Shown here: one piece after another, positions 39,623-53,800 of the stretch
Layout: the number at the start of each line of letters is the position of its first letter
How positions within the stretch are numbered: position 1 is the stretch's first letter
Origin: Eledone cirrhosa
Lineage: Eukaryota
Direction of reading: 5' to 3'
DNA: 64,000 nucleotides
Assembly: GCA_964016885.1 (NCBI GenBank)
Contig: OZ024745.1
Span: 48,422,001-48,486,000 of the forward strand
Program-made: the position numbers and the translations under genes
The notes under the pieces: model-generated
The model's database searches: none
Told to the model about the DNA's origin: nothing
Seen by the model: the letters and a program-made list of their open reading frames with translations, nothing else

Positions 39623-41948
39623 TTAAGTATATATATATTTATATATGAAGGAATATATAATATGCCTTCATATAAAAACACCCATTACTATGATATATGT
39701 AGTTTTCAGACTCAGCTTAACTCTACTGGCAATGACTGGGATAGATTAAGATGACTATTTTCTTTTTAATTAAACATCTGCAAAGGAAGTTGCAATCAAA
39801 GAAACACAAGGTTTATCTACTGGTCAAAGACAGACACCAAAATATTATAAACACAAAAGGATCTACGCATTAAAGGCAGACACTGGCCCATCTGAGAGGC
39901 CAATAGCTCTGACTCGGTCTGCGATGACTTGTCCAGCTAGGAGGGAAAACAAACGTTAACTGATATTGATGATGGCAATGATGGTGATAATGATAAAAAG
40001 GTACAACTTATTTTCTTCTCTGACTTATATGTTAATATATGCAGTAAATGTCAAGATATTTTATATTTTCTAAGTTGGATGAAATGGCCTAAATCTCACT
40101 TTTTTGATACAATCTCATATTGCAGAAATTATGAAATTTGAATATATTAAAAAAATTATGAATTTTTAAATTCTAATTGCTGAACAATATCTTTGACAAA
40201 CTATTGCTGCCTCCCTCTTTTGGTGGAACCAAGGAAATAATATGAAGAAATTTGATACTAAATTGTAAGAAAAATTTGAAATGGCATGTGATTAGAAAAC
40301 TAAGTGACATTTTGCATTTTATCATCATCTAACAATCCACTTTTCCTCCAAGAGTTGTCAACTGAATAGATCAGTACGGAAGCAGAGCTACTGACATCTT
40401 GGATGAGCCAGAGGCCTGCATCTCACATACATTCCCACACTCTACTGAGTGCTCAGCCAGGTTTGTAGCCCACATTTTGCTTATGATTCACTGCTGTATT
40501 TTATCATGGCATCAATGCTAGGGAGGTTTTCATGTCTTTGACACAGCTGAAGAGTCCTCCCAGCCCTTTGTTTCACAGGTATTTATAGCTGGATAACCTT
40601 CCTATCACCACTTTACAGGATGCATTTATTGTGTATATAGAATCTATTAGCAACATAACTGAGCATGTTTAGGTGCCAACAAATTAAGAATTCTCAACAT
40701 CTAAGTTGAATGAAATGTGGCCAAAATTTTGCTTTTTTGAGAGGTTTGCATATAGCAAAAATTGTGATATTTTGCACATTCAAAAGGTGAACATTTTTAT
40801 TCTAACGGGTGAACAAAATCTTCCACAAAATATTAGTGCATCTTTTGGAGCAGCCAAGGAAATGACTCTGAAAAATTTCACATTAAGTTTGATGGCATTT
40901 GAACTTTCTAATTGGGAGGAGGAGTGAAAAAGATGACTTTTAAGGTGTGTATGGACCTGTAACTCCTAATGGAGTCATAGGGGTGTTGCCATGACATACA
41001 TGGCATTTTAAACCTGGTGTAGTCTATCCTTCTTCATGTCTGAACATAGCTGATTTCTTCCAAAGAATTAACTCCACTGACTGGTACTTCTAACAACTCT
41101 GCTAATTCACCACCCTTAAATTGTATAGAATGTGGCAAAATTTGAAATCTCTAACAGTTATATAAATTAAACCCCTACATAACGGCTCTTTTGATGGTTT
41201 ATATATGTAGAAGTAATATCATTTGCATGTGTTAATGGTATAATGTACTTGTTAGAGCATGAGAAAGTATGTAAGCAAAATGCAGGCCCCTGCAGAAATG
41301 CATGTTCTTGAGATGCAGCATCCTCTGGCCCATCTGAGAGGTCAGTAACTCTGCTTCAGAACTCACCTAGTTTGTGATGACCCGTCTAGTCCTTGCTAGC
41401 AGGAGAAAAATGGATGTTAAAAGATGATGATGATGATGATGAATTCCTGAGATGCAAGGTAACATTGCTTACTCTATAAAAATAATAATTTAATTATTCA
41501 ACTTCCTTTTCTTTTCGCAGTTTCATAGGCTACTAGACTCATTATCATAATATTTAAATAATGACACAAACAGTTTGGAATAATATAGTGAATTAATAAT
41601 AGTATAAACCTGCCAGAGACGCTTCCGTGTGAGCAAGGCATGGTCTCCCGACCATTCCCGTATCGAATGGAACAAAACCATCTAATAGATGTTAGCGTGG
41701 AAGATGGACATCAAACGATGATGATGATGATGATGATAACCCTTCTTTCTAATCTATTAGTATTTATTATAAAGGAGGTGGTATCACTGTGTGATGCTAC
41801 TGCTCCTCAAATATTCCATTTGCTTATCTAAGCATTTTTTTCCATGACGACACATGACTGGACTGTGTTCTTCCTGAAACAATCTGATCAAATACCAATA
41901 TTAGAAATCAATATTATGCTAAACACATTTGATGAAGACTGGGCCACC

Positions 41949-42464
41949 TACTGTAAGCTGAGAAATATGTGACAAAAAATTCTATGGTAAAATGGAGGTT
42001 GACTTATATTCGAGGTCAATATTTTGCTGATTTTCATCAACTTCAAATTCTATGAAAACGAGGTGCTAAAATATTTTTGTTTTGGAGGTGAATATTACAT
42101 GGGTTTCACTTTGGAGGTAAATATTATACCAGTTTCACTTCGGAGGTGAATATTATACCAGTTTCACTTTGGAGGTGAAATTTCTATGGGTTTTTTTTGG
42201 GGTTTTTTTTTTTGTGATTTGTATGAATATAGCCTTCAAAACAGTAGGAAATCAGTAATGTTGCGTAACAAAAACTATACTCTAAATGACACATGAAACA
42301 TTTTAAATATAAAAATAATAAAACTTCATAAATACATTCTCATACATGAGAATTTTAAAACATAATTAGCTGCCTCAGCTTAGAAACAAGGTTTGAATTT
42401 TTCTCCATTTCTCAGATAGGGGTCGGCTTATATTCAAATCGACTTATATTCAAGTATATATGGT
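41949..42464. mobile_element. Decayed pogo/mariner-type MITE with internal 29-bp tandem repeats
   Basis: Right end GGGGTCGGCTTATATTC..GACTTATATTCAAGTATATATGGTA. About 3.5 copies of TTTGGAGGTGAATATTATACCAGTTTCAC at about 42081-42182. Confidence 0.55.
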
Positions 42465-42776
42465 AATTATATTTACAGATAACATTGTTAAACGAAAGCT
42501 ACTGGTCTTTTTTTTTTTTTTAGTCCCAATTTCTTTACAAAGAATCGTGTGAATTGTTATAAGAGTTCTGTGTTTATAAATAGGTAAGTTGTAAAAATAA
42601 GATAACAAGCTTTTAGTCTTTGAAGCAAAAGGGAAAGACACATGACAGGAAGTAAAATGGTATAAAATCCAATCTCACAAGTTATAAAGCAGTCAGCATG
42701 GAATTTAATATTTTCAATGCTGTATGTTACTTTGCGTTTCAAAATATTAAAAACATTCATCTGAAAATCACATTAT

Positions 42777-42877
42777 TCATCATCATCATCACCACCATCA
42801 TCATCAGTTGTGGAAAAACAGACATAAAAAAAGATGATAATAAAAACTAATAAAAATCATCATCATCATCCTCATTG

Positions 42878-42922
<45 letters not shown>

Positions 42923-42930
42923 CCACCACT

Positions 42931-42985
<55 letters not shown>

Positions 42986-42993
42986 CCACCACT

Positions 42994-43051
<58 letters not shown>

Positions 43052-43170
43052 CCACCACTATCATGATCATGATCATGATCATGATCATCACCACCACCAC
43101 CACCACCACCACCACCACCACCACCACCACCACCACCACCACCACCACCATCACCATCATCATCATCATT
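42777..43170. repeat. (CAT)n/(CAC)n trinucleotide tract adjoining a decayed RTE/SINE tail
   Basis: Directly visible. It continues into TTTATGTTTGCTTTCCATGTTGGCAT, an antisense RTE-type terminus. Confidence 0.9.
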
Positions 43171-43898
43171 TTATGTTTGCTTTCCATGTTGGCATTTGTT
43201 GGATGGACTGTTACACTCCTTGTCAGTCCTTATATGGAGTTAGTACTCTCCCTCTCAGGTTGGATTTCTTCTTCATTCATTCCAATGTTTAGCGTGGTTT
43301 CTATGGCTGGATGCTCTTCCTAGCCACTTTACAGTGTAAATATTTAAGTATAATTATTGATACAGATCTATATGAGCAAGACTCTGTCTCATGACCTGAC
43401 TTGTCTCATAACATGACAAACCATCTAATCCATGCAAGCGTCGAAAATGGACATTAAATGATGATGACGATGATGATTAAATAACAGAAATCTTTAAACT
43501 CGTTTAAATTATGAGCTTTTTTAATAATTGGATCTAATTTGTTAATATTGATTGTTGTTAATTAGATTAACTTATGTATATAATTACTTAAATTGCTGCT
43601 TGTACTTTAGTTGTTGTATGTCCAGTTTAGAATTGTCACCATATCCCTGTGAGTCAAAATGGTTACCACCAGAAACGCATTCGGTCATAAAACATTCTCT
43701 GAAAAAGGAGCATATAATGTCTATAAACCTGTGATGGGGATGTCCCAAGCTAACCCCTACTTTAGCAGAGAAAATGGCCTTAAAGCACTTGTTATAATGA
43801 AAGTGTAACAAAAGAAAAAAATTCCGAGATTTTAAGAAGTTCCTTCAGCTGGTTTAGATTATGCATAATCCTGACTCTGCACATAAAAGTACATATAT

Positions 43899-43950
<52 letters not shown>

Positions 43951-44889
43951 CTAAATATACTTTACCTCTAACTAATATAATTATATATTTAATGAAATGT
44001 ACTATCTCTCAAAATGTCAATTTTTAATGGGAAAATCAAAATTGAATGCAACATGGTGAAATGGTTATTAAGTTTGCTTAAGAATAATAAAGTTTTGGAT
44101 TTAGTCACATTGCAGGATGTTTTGGGCATGTGTCTTTTACCATGGCTTTAGATCCACCCAAGATTTGTGTGTGAAGTTGGTTAGATAGAAGCTGTTTAGA
44201 AAGCTGTTAGATGGACTATATCTATAATTCAAAGAGCCAGCCATGTCACACACGGCCCCATGTTGAATCTGCCCGAGGATTAGATTAAGTGTTCATGTGT
44301 CTGTGGGATACATTAATTTAACATGTAGATTGTACTATTGATGGGACAACTAGAACACTGATTATTGAAGCCAACAGAGGTCCATTTAACCTTTCTAATC
44401 TCCTTTAAATTTGATGATATCAGACTTTTATTTCTGTTTTATTTCACTTTTGCTAGAATTTTCTATGATATTTCTCCTCGGATAGTGTAATTTTTCATCT
44501 TCAGTATTGTGTGCAAATAAATTCTTTAATTTTTATTTTGACAGCAATTCAAGACTTGTTTATATAACTTCCTTAACTTATTTCAAGACCATTCACTACA
44601 CCTCTTTGACTTCAATAACTAGGTTAAATAATTTGAGACATGACCTGATTATATTGCTTATATAGCATGACATTTTAATCCTGCCTGTAAAGAAATACTA
44701 TCATGGAGTACACATTTCAGTATAACCTCGTTCATAAGACATTTTTTACAGACAAAATATTATAGGTTCAATAATATTATTAACTAATATTTCTTCCTTT
44801 GCAACTATTTCATGCCTTTTAACAAAAAAGAGAGAGGATAAAAAAGCAAAAGCATTGATTGTCAGATCAAGCCAAGGAAACATGGTTAG

Positions 44890-47800
44890 GGTGCGTTTTG
44901 TTGTGACTCCTACATGATCTCTTTACAGTGTAGGCTGAGTACTTTTTGTTGTGACTCCTACATGATCTCTTTACAGTGTAGGCTGAGTGCTTTTTGTTGT
45001 GACTCCTACATGATCTCTTTACAGTGTAGGCTGAGTGCTTTTTGTTGTGACTCCTACATGATCTCTTTACAGTGTAGGCTGAGTGCTTTTTGTTGTGACT
45101 CCTACATGATCTCTTTACAGTGTAGGCTGAGTGCTTTTTGTTGTGACTACTACATGATCACTATACAGTGAGGGTTGGGTAATTTTGTTGTGACTCCTAC
45201 ATAATCACTACACAGTGGGGGCTGGGTGCTTTTTGATATGACACCTATATGACCACTTTACAGTGTAGGCTGAGTGCTTTTTGTTGTGACACCTACATGA
45301 CCTCTTTACAGTGTAGGCTGAGTGCTTTTTGTTGTGACTCCTACATCATCACTTTACAGTGTAGGCTGGGTGCTTTTTGTTGTGACTCCTACATGATCTC
45401 TTTACAGTGTAGGCTGAGTGCTTTTTGTTGTGACTCCTACATGATCTCTTTACAATGTAGGCTGAGTGCTTTTTGTTGTGACTCCTACATGATCTCTATA
45501 CAGTGTAGGCTGAGTACTTTTTGTTGTGACTCCTACATGATCTCTTTACAGTGTAGGCTGAGTACATTTTGTTGTGACTCCTACATGATCTCTTTACAGT
45601 GTAGGCTGAGTACTTTTTGTTGTGACTCCTACATGATCTCTTTACAGTGTAGGCTGAGTGCTTTTTGTTGTGACTCCTACATGACCTCTTTACAGTGTAG
45701 GCTGAGTGCTTTTTGTTGTGACTCCTACATGATCTCTTTACAATGTAGGCTGAGTACTTTTTGTTGTGACTCCTACATGATCTCTTTACAGTGTAGGCTG
45801 AGTGCTTTTTGTTGTGACTCCTACATGATCTCTTTACAGTGTAGGCTGAGTGCTTTTTGTTGTGACTCCTACATGATCTCTTTACAGTGTAGGCTGAGTA
45901 CTTTTTGTTGTGACTCCTACATGATCTCTTTACAGTGTAGGCTGAGTGCTTTTTGTTGTGACTCCTACATGATCTCTTTACAGTGTAGGCTGAGTGCTTT
46001 TTGTTGTGACTCCTACATGATCTCTTTACAGTGTAGGCTGAGTGCTTTTTGTTGTGACTCCTACATGATCTCTTTACAGTGTAGGCTGAGTACTTTTTGT
46101 TGTGACTCCAACATGATCTCTTTACAATGTAGGCTGAGTGCTTTTTGTTGTGACTTCTACATGATCTCTATACAGTGTAGGCTGAGTGCTTTTTGTTGTG
46201 ACTCCTACATGATCACTTTACAGTGTAGGCTGAGTGCTTTTTGTTGTGACTCCTACATGATCTCTATACAATGTAGGCTGAGTGCTTTTTGTTGTGATTC
46301 CTACATTATCTCTTTACAGTGTAGGCTGAGTGCTTTTTGTTGTGACTCCTACATGATCTCTTTACAGTGTAGGCTGAGTGCTTTTTGTTGTGACTCCTAC
46401 ATGATCTCTTTACAGTGTAGGCTGAGTACTTTTTGTTGTGACTCCTACATGATCTCTTTACAGTGTAGGCTGAGTACTTTTTGTTGTGACTCCAACATGA
46501 TCTCTTTACAATGTAGGCTGAGTGCTTTTTGTTGTGATTCCTACATGACCTCTTTACAGTGTAGGCTGAGTGCTTTTTGTTGTGACTTCTACACGATCTC
46601 TATACAGTGTAGGCTGAGTGCTTTTTGTTGTGACTCCTACATGATCTCTTTACAGTGTAGGCTGAGTACTTTTTGTTGTGACTCCTACATGATCTCTTTA
46701 CAGTGTAGGCTGAGTGCTTTTTGTTGTGACTCCTACATGATCTCTTTACAGTGTAGGCTGAGTGCTTTTTGTTGTGATTCCTACATGATCTCTTTACAGT
46801 GTAGGCTGAGTGCTTTTTGTTGTGACTCCTACATGATCTCTTTACAGTGTAGGCTGAGTGCTTTTTGTTGTGACTCCTACATGATCACTTTACAGTGTAG
46901 GCTGAGTGCTTTTTGTTGTGACTCCTTCATGATCTCTTTACAGTGTAGGCTGAGTGCTTTTTGTTGTGACTCCTACATGATCTCTTTACAGTGTAGGCTG
47001 AGTACTTTTTGTTGTGACTCCTACATTATCTCTATACAATGTAGGCTGAGTGCTTTTTGTTGTGACTCCTACATTATCTCTATACAATGTAGGCTGAGTA
47101 CTTTTTGTTGTGACTCCTACATGATCTCTTTACAGTGTAGGCTGAGTACTTTTTGTTGTGACTCCTACATTATCTCTATACAATGTAGGCTGAGTACTTT
47201 TTGTTGTGACTCCTACATTATCTCTATACAATGTAGGCTGAGTGCTTTTTGTTGTGACTCCTACATGATCTCTTTACAGTGTAGGCTGAGTGCTTTTTGT
47301 TGTGACTCCTACATGATCTCTTTACAGTGTAGGCTGGGTGCTTTTTGTTGTGACTCCTACATGATCACTATACAGTGTAGGCTGAGTGCTTTTTGTTGTG
47401 ACTCCTACATGATCTCTTTACAATGTAGGCTGAGTACTTTTTGTTGTGACTCCTACATGATCTCTATACAGTGTAGGCTGAGTGCTTTTTGTTGTGACTC
47501 CTACATGATCTCTTTACAATGTAGGCTGAGTGCTTTTTGTTGTGACTCCTACATGATCTCTTTACAATGTAGGCTGAGTGCTTTTTGTTGTGACTCCAAC
47601 ATGATCTCTTTACAGTGTAGGCTGAGTGCTTTTTGTTGTGACTCCTACATGATCTCTTTACAGTGTAGGCTGAGTACTTTTTGTTGTGACTCCTACATGA
47701 TCTCTTTACAATGTAGGCTGAGTGCTTTTTGTTGTGACTCCTACATGATCTCTTTACAATGTAGGCTGAGTGCTTTTTGTTGTGACTCCTACATGATCTC

Positions 47801-50800
47801 TTTACAATGTAGGCTGAGTGCTTTTTGTTGTGACTCCAACATGATCTCTTTACAGTGTAGGCTGAGTGCTTTTTGTTGTGACTCCTACATGATCTCTATA
47901 CAGTGTAGGCTGAGTGCTTTTTGTTGTGACTCCTACATGATCTCTTTACAATGTAGGCTGAGTGCTTTTTGTTGTGACTCCAACATGATCTCTTTACAGT
48001 GTAGGCTGAGTGCTTTTTGTTGTGACTCCTACATGATCTCTATACAGTGTAGGCTGAGTGCTTTTTGTTGTGACTCCTACATGATCTCTTTACAGTGTAG
48101 GCTGAGTACTTTTTGTTGTGACTCCTACATGATCTCTTTACAGTGTAGGCTGAGTACTTTTTGTTGTGACTCCTACATGATCTCTTTACAGTGTAGGCTG
48201 AGTACTTTTTGTTGTGACTCCTACATTATCTCTTTACAGTGTAGGCTGAGTACTTTTTGTTGTGACTCCTACATTATCTCTTTACAGAGTAGGCTGAGTG
48301 CTTTTTGTTGTGACTCCTACATGATCTCTTTACAGTGTAGGCTGAGTACTTTTTGTTGTGACTCCTACATGATCACTTTACAGTGTAGGCTGAGTGCTTT
48401 TTGTTGTGACTCTTACATGATCTCTTTACAGTGTAGGCTGAGTGCTTTTTGTTGTGACTCCTACATGATCACTATACAGTGAGGGTTGGGTAATTTTGTT
48501 GTGACTCCTACATGATCACTACACAGTGGGGCTGGGTGCTTTTTGATATGACACCTATATGACCACTTTACAGTGTAGGCTGAGTGCTTTTTGTTGTGAC
48601 ACCTACATGACCTCTTTACAGTGTAGGCTGAGTGCTTTTTGTTGTGACTCCTACATGATCTCTTTACAATGTAGGCTGAGTGCTTTTTGTTGTGACTCCT
48701 ACATGATCTCTTTACAGTGTAGGCTGAGTGCTTTTTGTTGTGACTCCTACATGATCTCTTTACAGTGTAGGCTGAGTACTTTTTGTTGTGACTCATACAT
48801 TATCTCTATACAATGTAGGCTGAGTGCTTTTTGTTGTGACTCCTACATGATCTCTATACAGGTGTAGGCTGAGTGCTTTTTGTTGTGACTCCTACATGAT
48901 CTCTATACAGTGTAGGCTGAGTGCTTTTTGTTGTGACTCCTACATGATCTCTATACAGTGTAGGCTGAGTGCTTTTTGTTGTGACTCCTACATGATCTCT
49001 TTACAGTGTAGGCTGAGTACTTTTTGTTGTGACTCCTACATTATCTCTTTACAGTGTAGGCTGAGTGCTTTTTGTTGTGACTCCTACATTATCTCTTTAC
49101 AGTGTAGGCTGAGTACTTTTTGTTGTGACTCCTACATGATCTCTATACAATGTAGGCTGAGTGCTTTTTGTTGTGACTCCTACATTATCTCTATACAGTG
49201 TAGGCTGAGTGCTTTTTGTTGTGACTCCTACATGATCACTTTACAGTGTAGGCTGAGTACTTTTTGTTGTGACTCCTACATTATCTCTTTACAATGTAGG
49301 CTGAGTACTTTTTGTTGTGACTCCTACATGATCACTTTACAATGTAGGCTGAGTGCTTTTTGTTGTGACTCCTACATGATGTCTTTACAATGTAGGCTGA
49401 GTACTTTTTGTTGTGACTCCTACATTATCTCTATACAGTGTAGGCTGAGTACTTTTTGTTGTGACTCCTACATTATCTCTATACAATGTAGGCTGAGTGC
49501 TTTTTGTTGTGACTCCTACATGACCTCTTTACAGTGTAGGCTGAGTGCTTTTTGTTGTGACTCCTACATGATCTCTTTACAATGTAGGCTGAGTGCTTTT
49601 TGTTGTGACTCCTACATTATCTCTATACAGTGTAGGCTGAGTGCTTTTTGTTGTGACTCCTACATGATCTCTTTACAGTGTAGGCTGAGTACTTTTTGTT
49701 GTGACTCCTACATTATCTCTTTACAGTGTAGGCTGAGTACTTTTTGTTGTGACTCCTACATTATCTCTTTACAATGTAGGCTGAGTGCTTTTTGTTGTGA
49801 CTCCTACATTATCTCTATACAGTGTAGGCTGAGTGCTTTTTGTTGTGACTCCTACATTATCTCTTTACAATGTAGGCTGAGTGCTTTTTGTTGTGACTCC
49901 TACATGATCTCTTTACAGTGTAGGCTGAGTACTTTTTGTTGTGACTCCTACATTATCTCTTTACAGTGTAGGCTGAGTACTTTTTGTTGTGACTCCTACA
50001 TGATCTCTATACAATGTAGGCTGAGTGCTTTTTGTTGTGACTCCTACATTATCTCTATACAGTGTAGGCTGAGTGCTTTTTGTTGTGACTCCTACATTAT
50101 CTCTTTACAATGTAGGCTGAGTACTTTTTGTTGTGACTCCTACATTATCTCTTTACAATGTAGGCTGAGTGCTTTTTGTTGTGACTCCTACATTATCTCT
50201 TTACAATGTAGGCTGAGTACTTTTTGTTGTGACTCCTACATGATCACTTTACAATGTAGGCTGAGTGCTTTTTGTTGTGACTCCTACATTATCTCTATAC
50301 AGTGTAGGCTGAGTGCTTTTTGTTGTGACTCCTACATTATCTCTATACAGTGTAGGCTGAGTGCTTTTTGTTGTGACTCCTACATGATCACTTTACAATG
50401 TAGGCTGAGTGCTTTTTGTTGTGACTCCTACATTATCTCTTTACAGTGTAGGCTGAGTGCTTTTTGTTGTGACTCCTACATGATCACTTTACAATGTAGG
50501 CTGAGTGCTTTTTGTTGTGACTCCTACATTATCTCTTTACAATGTAGGCTGAGTACTTTTTGTTGTGACTCCTACATGATCACTTTACAATGTAGGCTGA
50601 GTGCTTTTTGTTGTGACTCCTACATTATCTCTATACAGTGTAGGCTGAGTGCTTTTTGTTGTGACTCCTACATGATCACTTTACAATGTAGGCTGAGTGC
50701 TTTTTGTTGTGACTCCAACATGATCTCTATACAGTGTAGGCTGAGTGCTTTTTGTTGTGACTCCTACATTATCTCTTTACAGTGTAGGCTGAGTGCTTTT

Positions 50801-53800
50801 TGTTGTGACTCCTACATGATCACTTTACAGTGTAGGCTGAGTACTTTTTGTTGTGACTCCTACATTATCTCTATACAATGTAGGCTGAGTGCTTTTTGTT
50901 GTGACTCCTACATTATCTCTTTACAGTGTAGGCTGAGTACTTTTTGTTGTGACTCCTACATGATCACTTTACAATGTAGGCTGAGTGCTTTTTGTTGTGA
51001 CTCCTACATGATCTCTTTACAATGTAGGCTGAGTGCTTTTTGTTGTGACTCCTACATTATCTCTATACAATGTAGGCTGAGTGCTTTTTGTTGTGACTCC
51101 TACATGATCACTTTACAATGTAGGCTGAGTGCTTTTTGTTGTGACTCCAACATGATCTCTATACAGTGTAGGCTGAGTGCTTTTTGTTGTGACTCCTACA
51201 TTATCTCTTTACAGTGTAGGCTGAGTGCTTTTTGTTGTGACTCCTACATGATCACTTTACAGTGTAGGCTGAGTACTTTTTGTTGTGACTCCTACATTAT
51301 CTCTATACAATGTAGGCTGAGTGCTTTTTGTTGTGACTCCTACATTATCTCTTTACAGTGTAGGCTGAGTACTTTTTGTTGTGACTCCTACATGATCACT
51401 TTACAATGTAGGCTGAGTGCTTTTTGTTGTGACTCCTACATGATCTCTTTACAATGTAGGCTGAGTGCTTTTTGTTGTGACTCCTACATTATCTCTATAC
51501 AATGTAGGCTGAGTGCTTTTTGTTGTGACTCCTACATGATCACTTTACAATGTAGGCTGAGTGCTTTTTGTTGTGACTCCAACATGATCTCTATACAGTG
51601 TAGGCTGAGTGCTTTTTGTTGTGACTCCTACATGATCACTTTACAGTGTAGGCTGAGTGCTTTTTGTTGTGACTCCTACATGATCACTTTACAGTGTAGG
51701 CTGAGTGCTTTTTGTTGTGACTCCTACATCATCACTATACAGTGTAGGCTGAGTACTTTTTGTTGTGACTCCTACATGATCTCTTTACAGTGTAGGCTGA
51801 GTGCTTTTTGTTGTGACTCCTACATTATCTCTATACAGTGTAGGCTGAGTACTTTTTGTTGTGACTCCTACATTATCTCTATACAATGTAGGCTGAGTGC
51901 TTTTTGTTGTGACTCCTACATGACCTCTTTACAGTGTAGGCTGAGTGCTTTTTGTTGTGACTCCTACATGATCTCTTTACAGTGTAGGCTGGGTGCTTTT
52001 TGTTGTGACTCCTACATGATCTCTTTACAGTGTAGGCTGAGTACTTTTTGTTGTGACTCCTACATTATCTCTATACAGTGTAGGCTGAGTGCTTTTTGTT
52101 GTGACTCCTACATGATCTCTTTACAGTGTAGGCTGGGTGCTTTTTGTTGTGACTCCTACATGACCTCTTTACAGTGTAGGCTGAGTGCTTTTTGTTGTGA
52201 CTCCTACATGATCTCTTTACAATGTAGGCTGAGTGCTTTTTGTTGTGACTCCTACATGATCTCTTTACAGTGTAGGCTGAGTGCTTTTTGTTGTGACTCC
52301 TACATGATCTCTTTACAGTGTAGGCTGAGTACTTTTTGTTGTGACTCCTACATGATCTCTATACAGTGTAGGCTGAGTGCTTTTTGTTGTGACTCCTACA
52401 TGATCACTTTACAATGTAGGCTGAGTACTTTTTGTTGTGACTCCTACATGATCTCTTTACAGTGTAGGCTGAGTACTTTTTGTTGTGACTCCTACATGAT
52501 CACTTTACAGTGTAGGCTGAGTACTTTTTGTTGTGACTCCTACATGATCTCTTTACAGTGTAGGCTGAGTGCTTTTTGTTGTGACTCCTACATGATCTCT
52601 TTACAGTGTAGGCTGAGTACTTTTTGTTGTGACTCCTACATGATCTCTTTACAGTGTAGGCTGAGTGCTTTTTGTTGTGACTCCTACATTATCACTTTAC
52701 AATGTAGGCTGAGTGCTTTTTGTTGTGACTCCTACATTATCTCTTTACAGTGTAGGCTGAGTACTTTTTGTTGTGACTCCTACATCATCACTTTACAGTG
52801 TAGGCTGAGTACTTTTTGTTGTGACACCTACATGACCTCTTTACAGTGTAGGCTGAGTGCTTTTTGTTGTGACTCCTACATCATCACTTTACAGTGTAGG
52901 CTGAGTGCTTTTTGTTGTGACTTCTACATGATCTCTATACAGTGTAGGCTGAGTGCTTTTTGTTGTGACTCCTACATGATCTCTTTACAATGTAGGCTGA
53001 GTGCTTTTTGTTGTGACTCCTACATTATCTCTTTACAATGTAGGCTGAGTGCTATTTGTTGTGACTCCTACATGATCTCTATACAGTGTAGGCTGAGTAC
53101 TTTTTGTTGTGACTCCTACATGATCTCTTTACAGTGTAGGCTGAGTGCTTTTTGTTGTGACTCCTACATGATCTCTTTACAATGTAGGCTGAGTGCTTTT
53201 TGTTGTGACTCCTACATGATCTCTTTACAGTGTAGGCTGAGTACTTTTTGTTGTGACTCCTACATGATCTCTATACAGTGTAGGCTGAGTACTTTTTGTT
53301 GTGACTCCTACATGATCTCTTTACAGTGTAGGCTGAGTGCTTTTTGTGGTGACTCCTACATGATCTCTTTACAATGTAGGCTGAGTGCTTTTTGTTGTGA
53401 CTCCTACATGATCTCTTTACAGTGTAGGCTGAGTGCTTTTTGTTGTGACTCCTACATGATCTCTTTACAATGTAGGCTGAGTGCTTTTTGTTGTGACTCC
53501 TACATGATCTCTTTACAATGTAGGCTGAGTGCTTTTTGTTGTGACTCCTACATTATCTCTTTACAGTGTAGGCTGAGTACTTTTTGTTGTGACTCCTACA
53601 TGATCTCTTTACAATGTAGGCTGAGTACTTTTTGTTGTGACTCCTACATTATCTCTTTACAGTGTAGGCTGAGTACTTTTTGTTGTGACTCCTACATGAT
53701 CACTTTACAGTGTAGGCTGAGTGCTTTTTGTTGTGACTCCTACATTATCTCTTTACAGTGTAGGCTGAGTGCTTTTTGTTGTGACTCCTACATGATCTCT

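Noticed and set aside
42804-43323. Poly-His, poly-Met, poly-Ser and poly-Thr ORFs
   Set aside because: These are (CAT)n/(CAC)n microsatellite translations.
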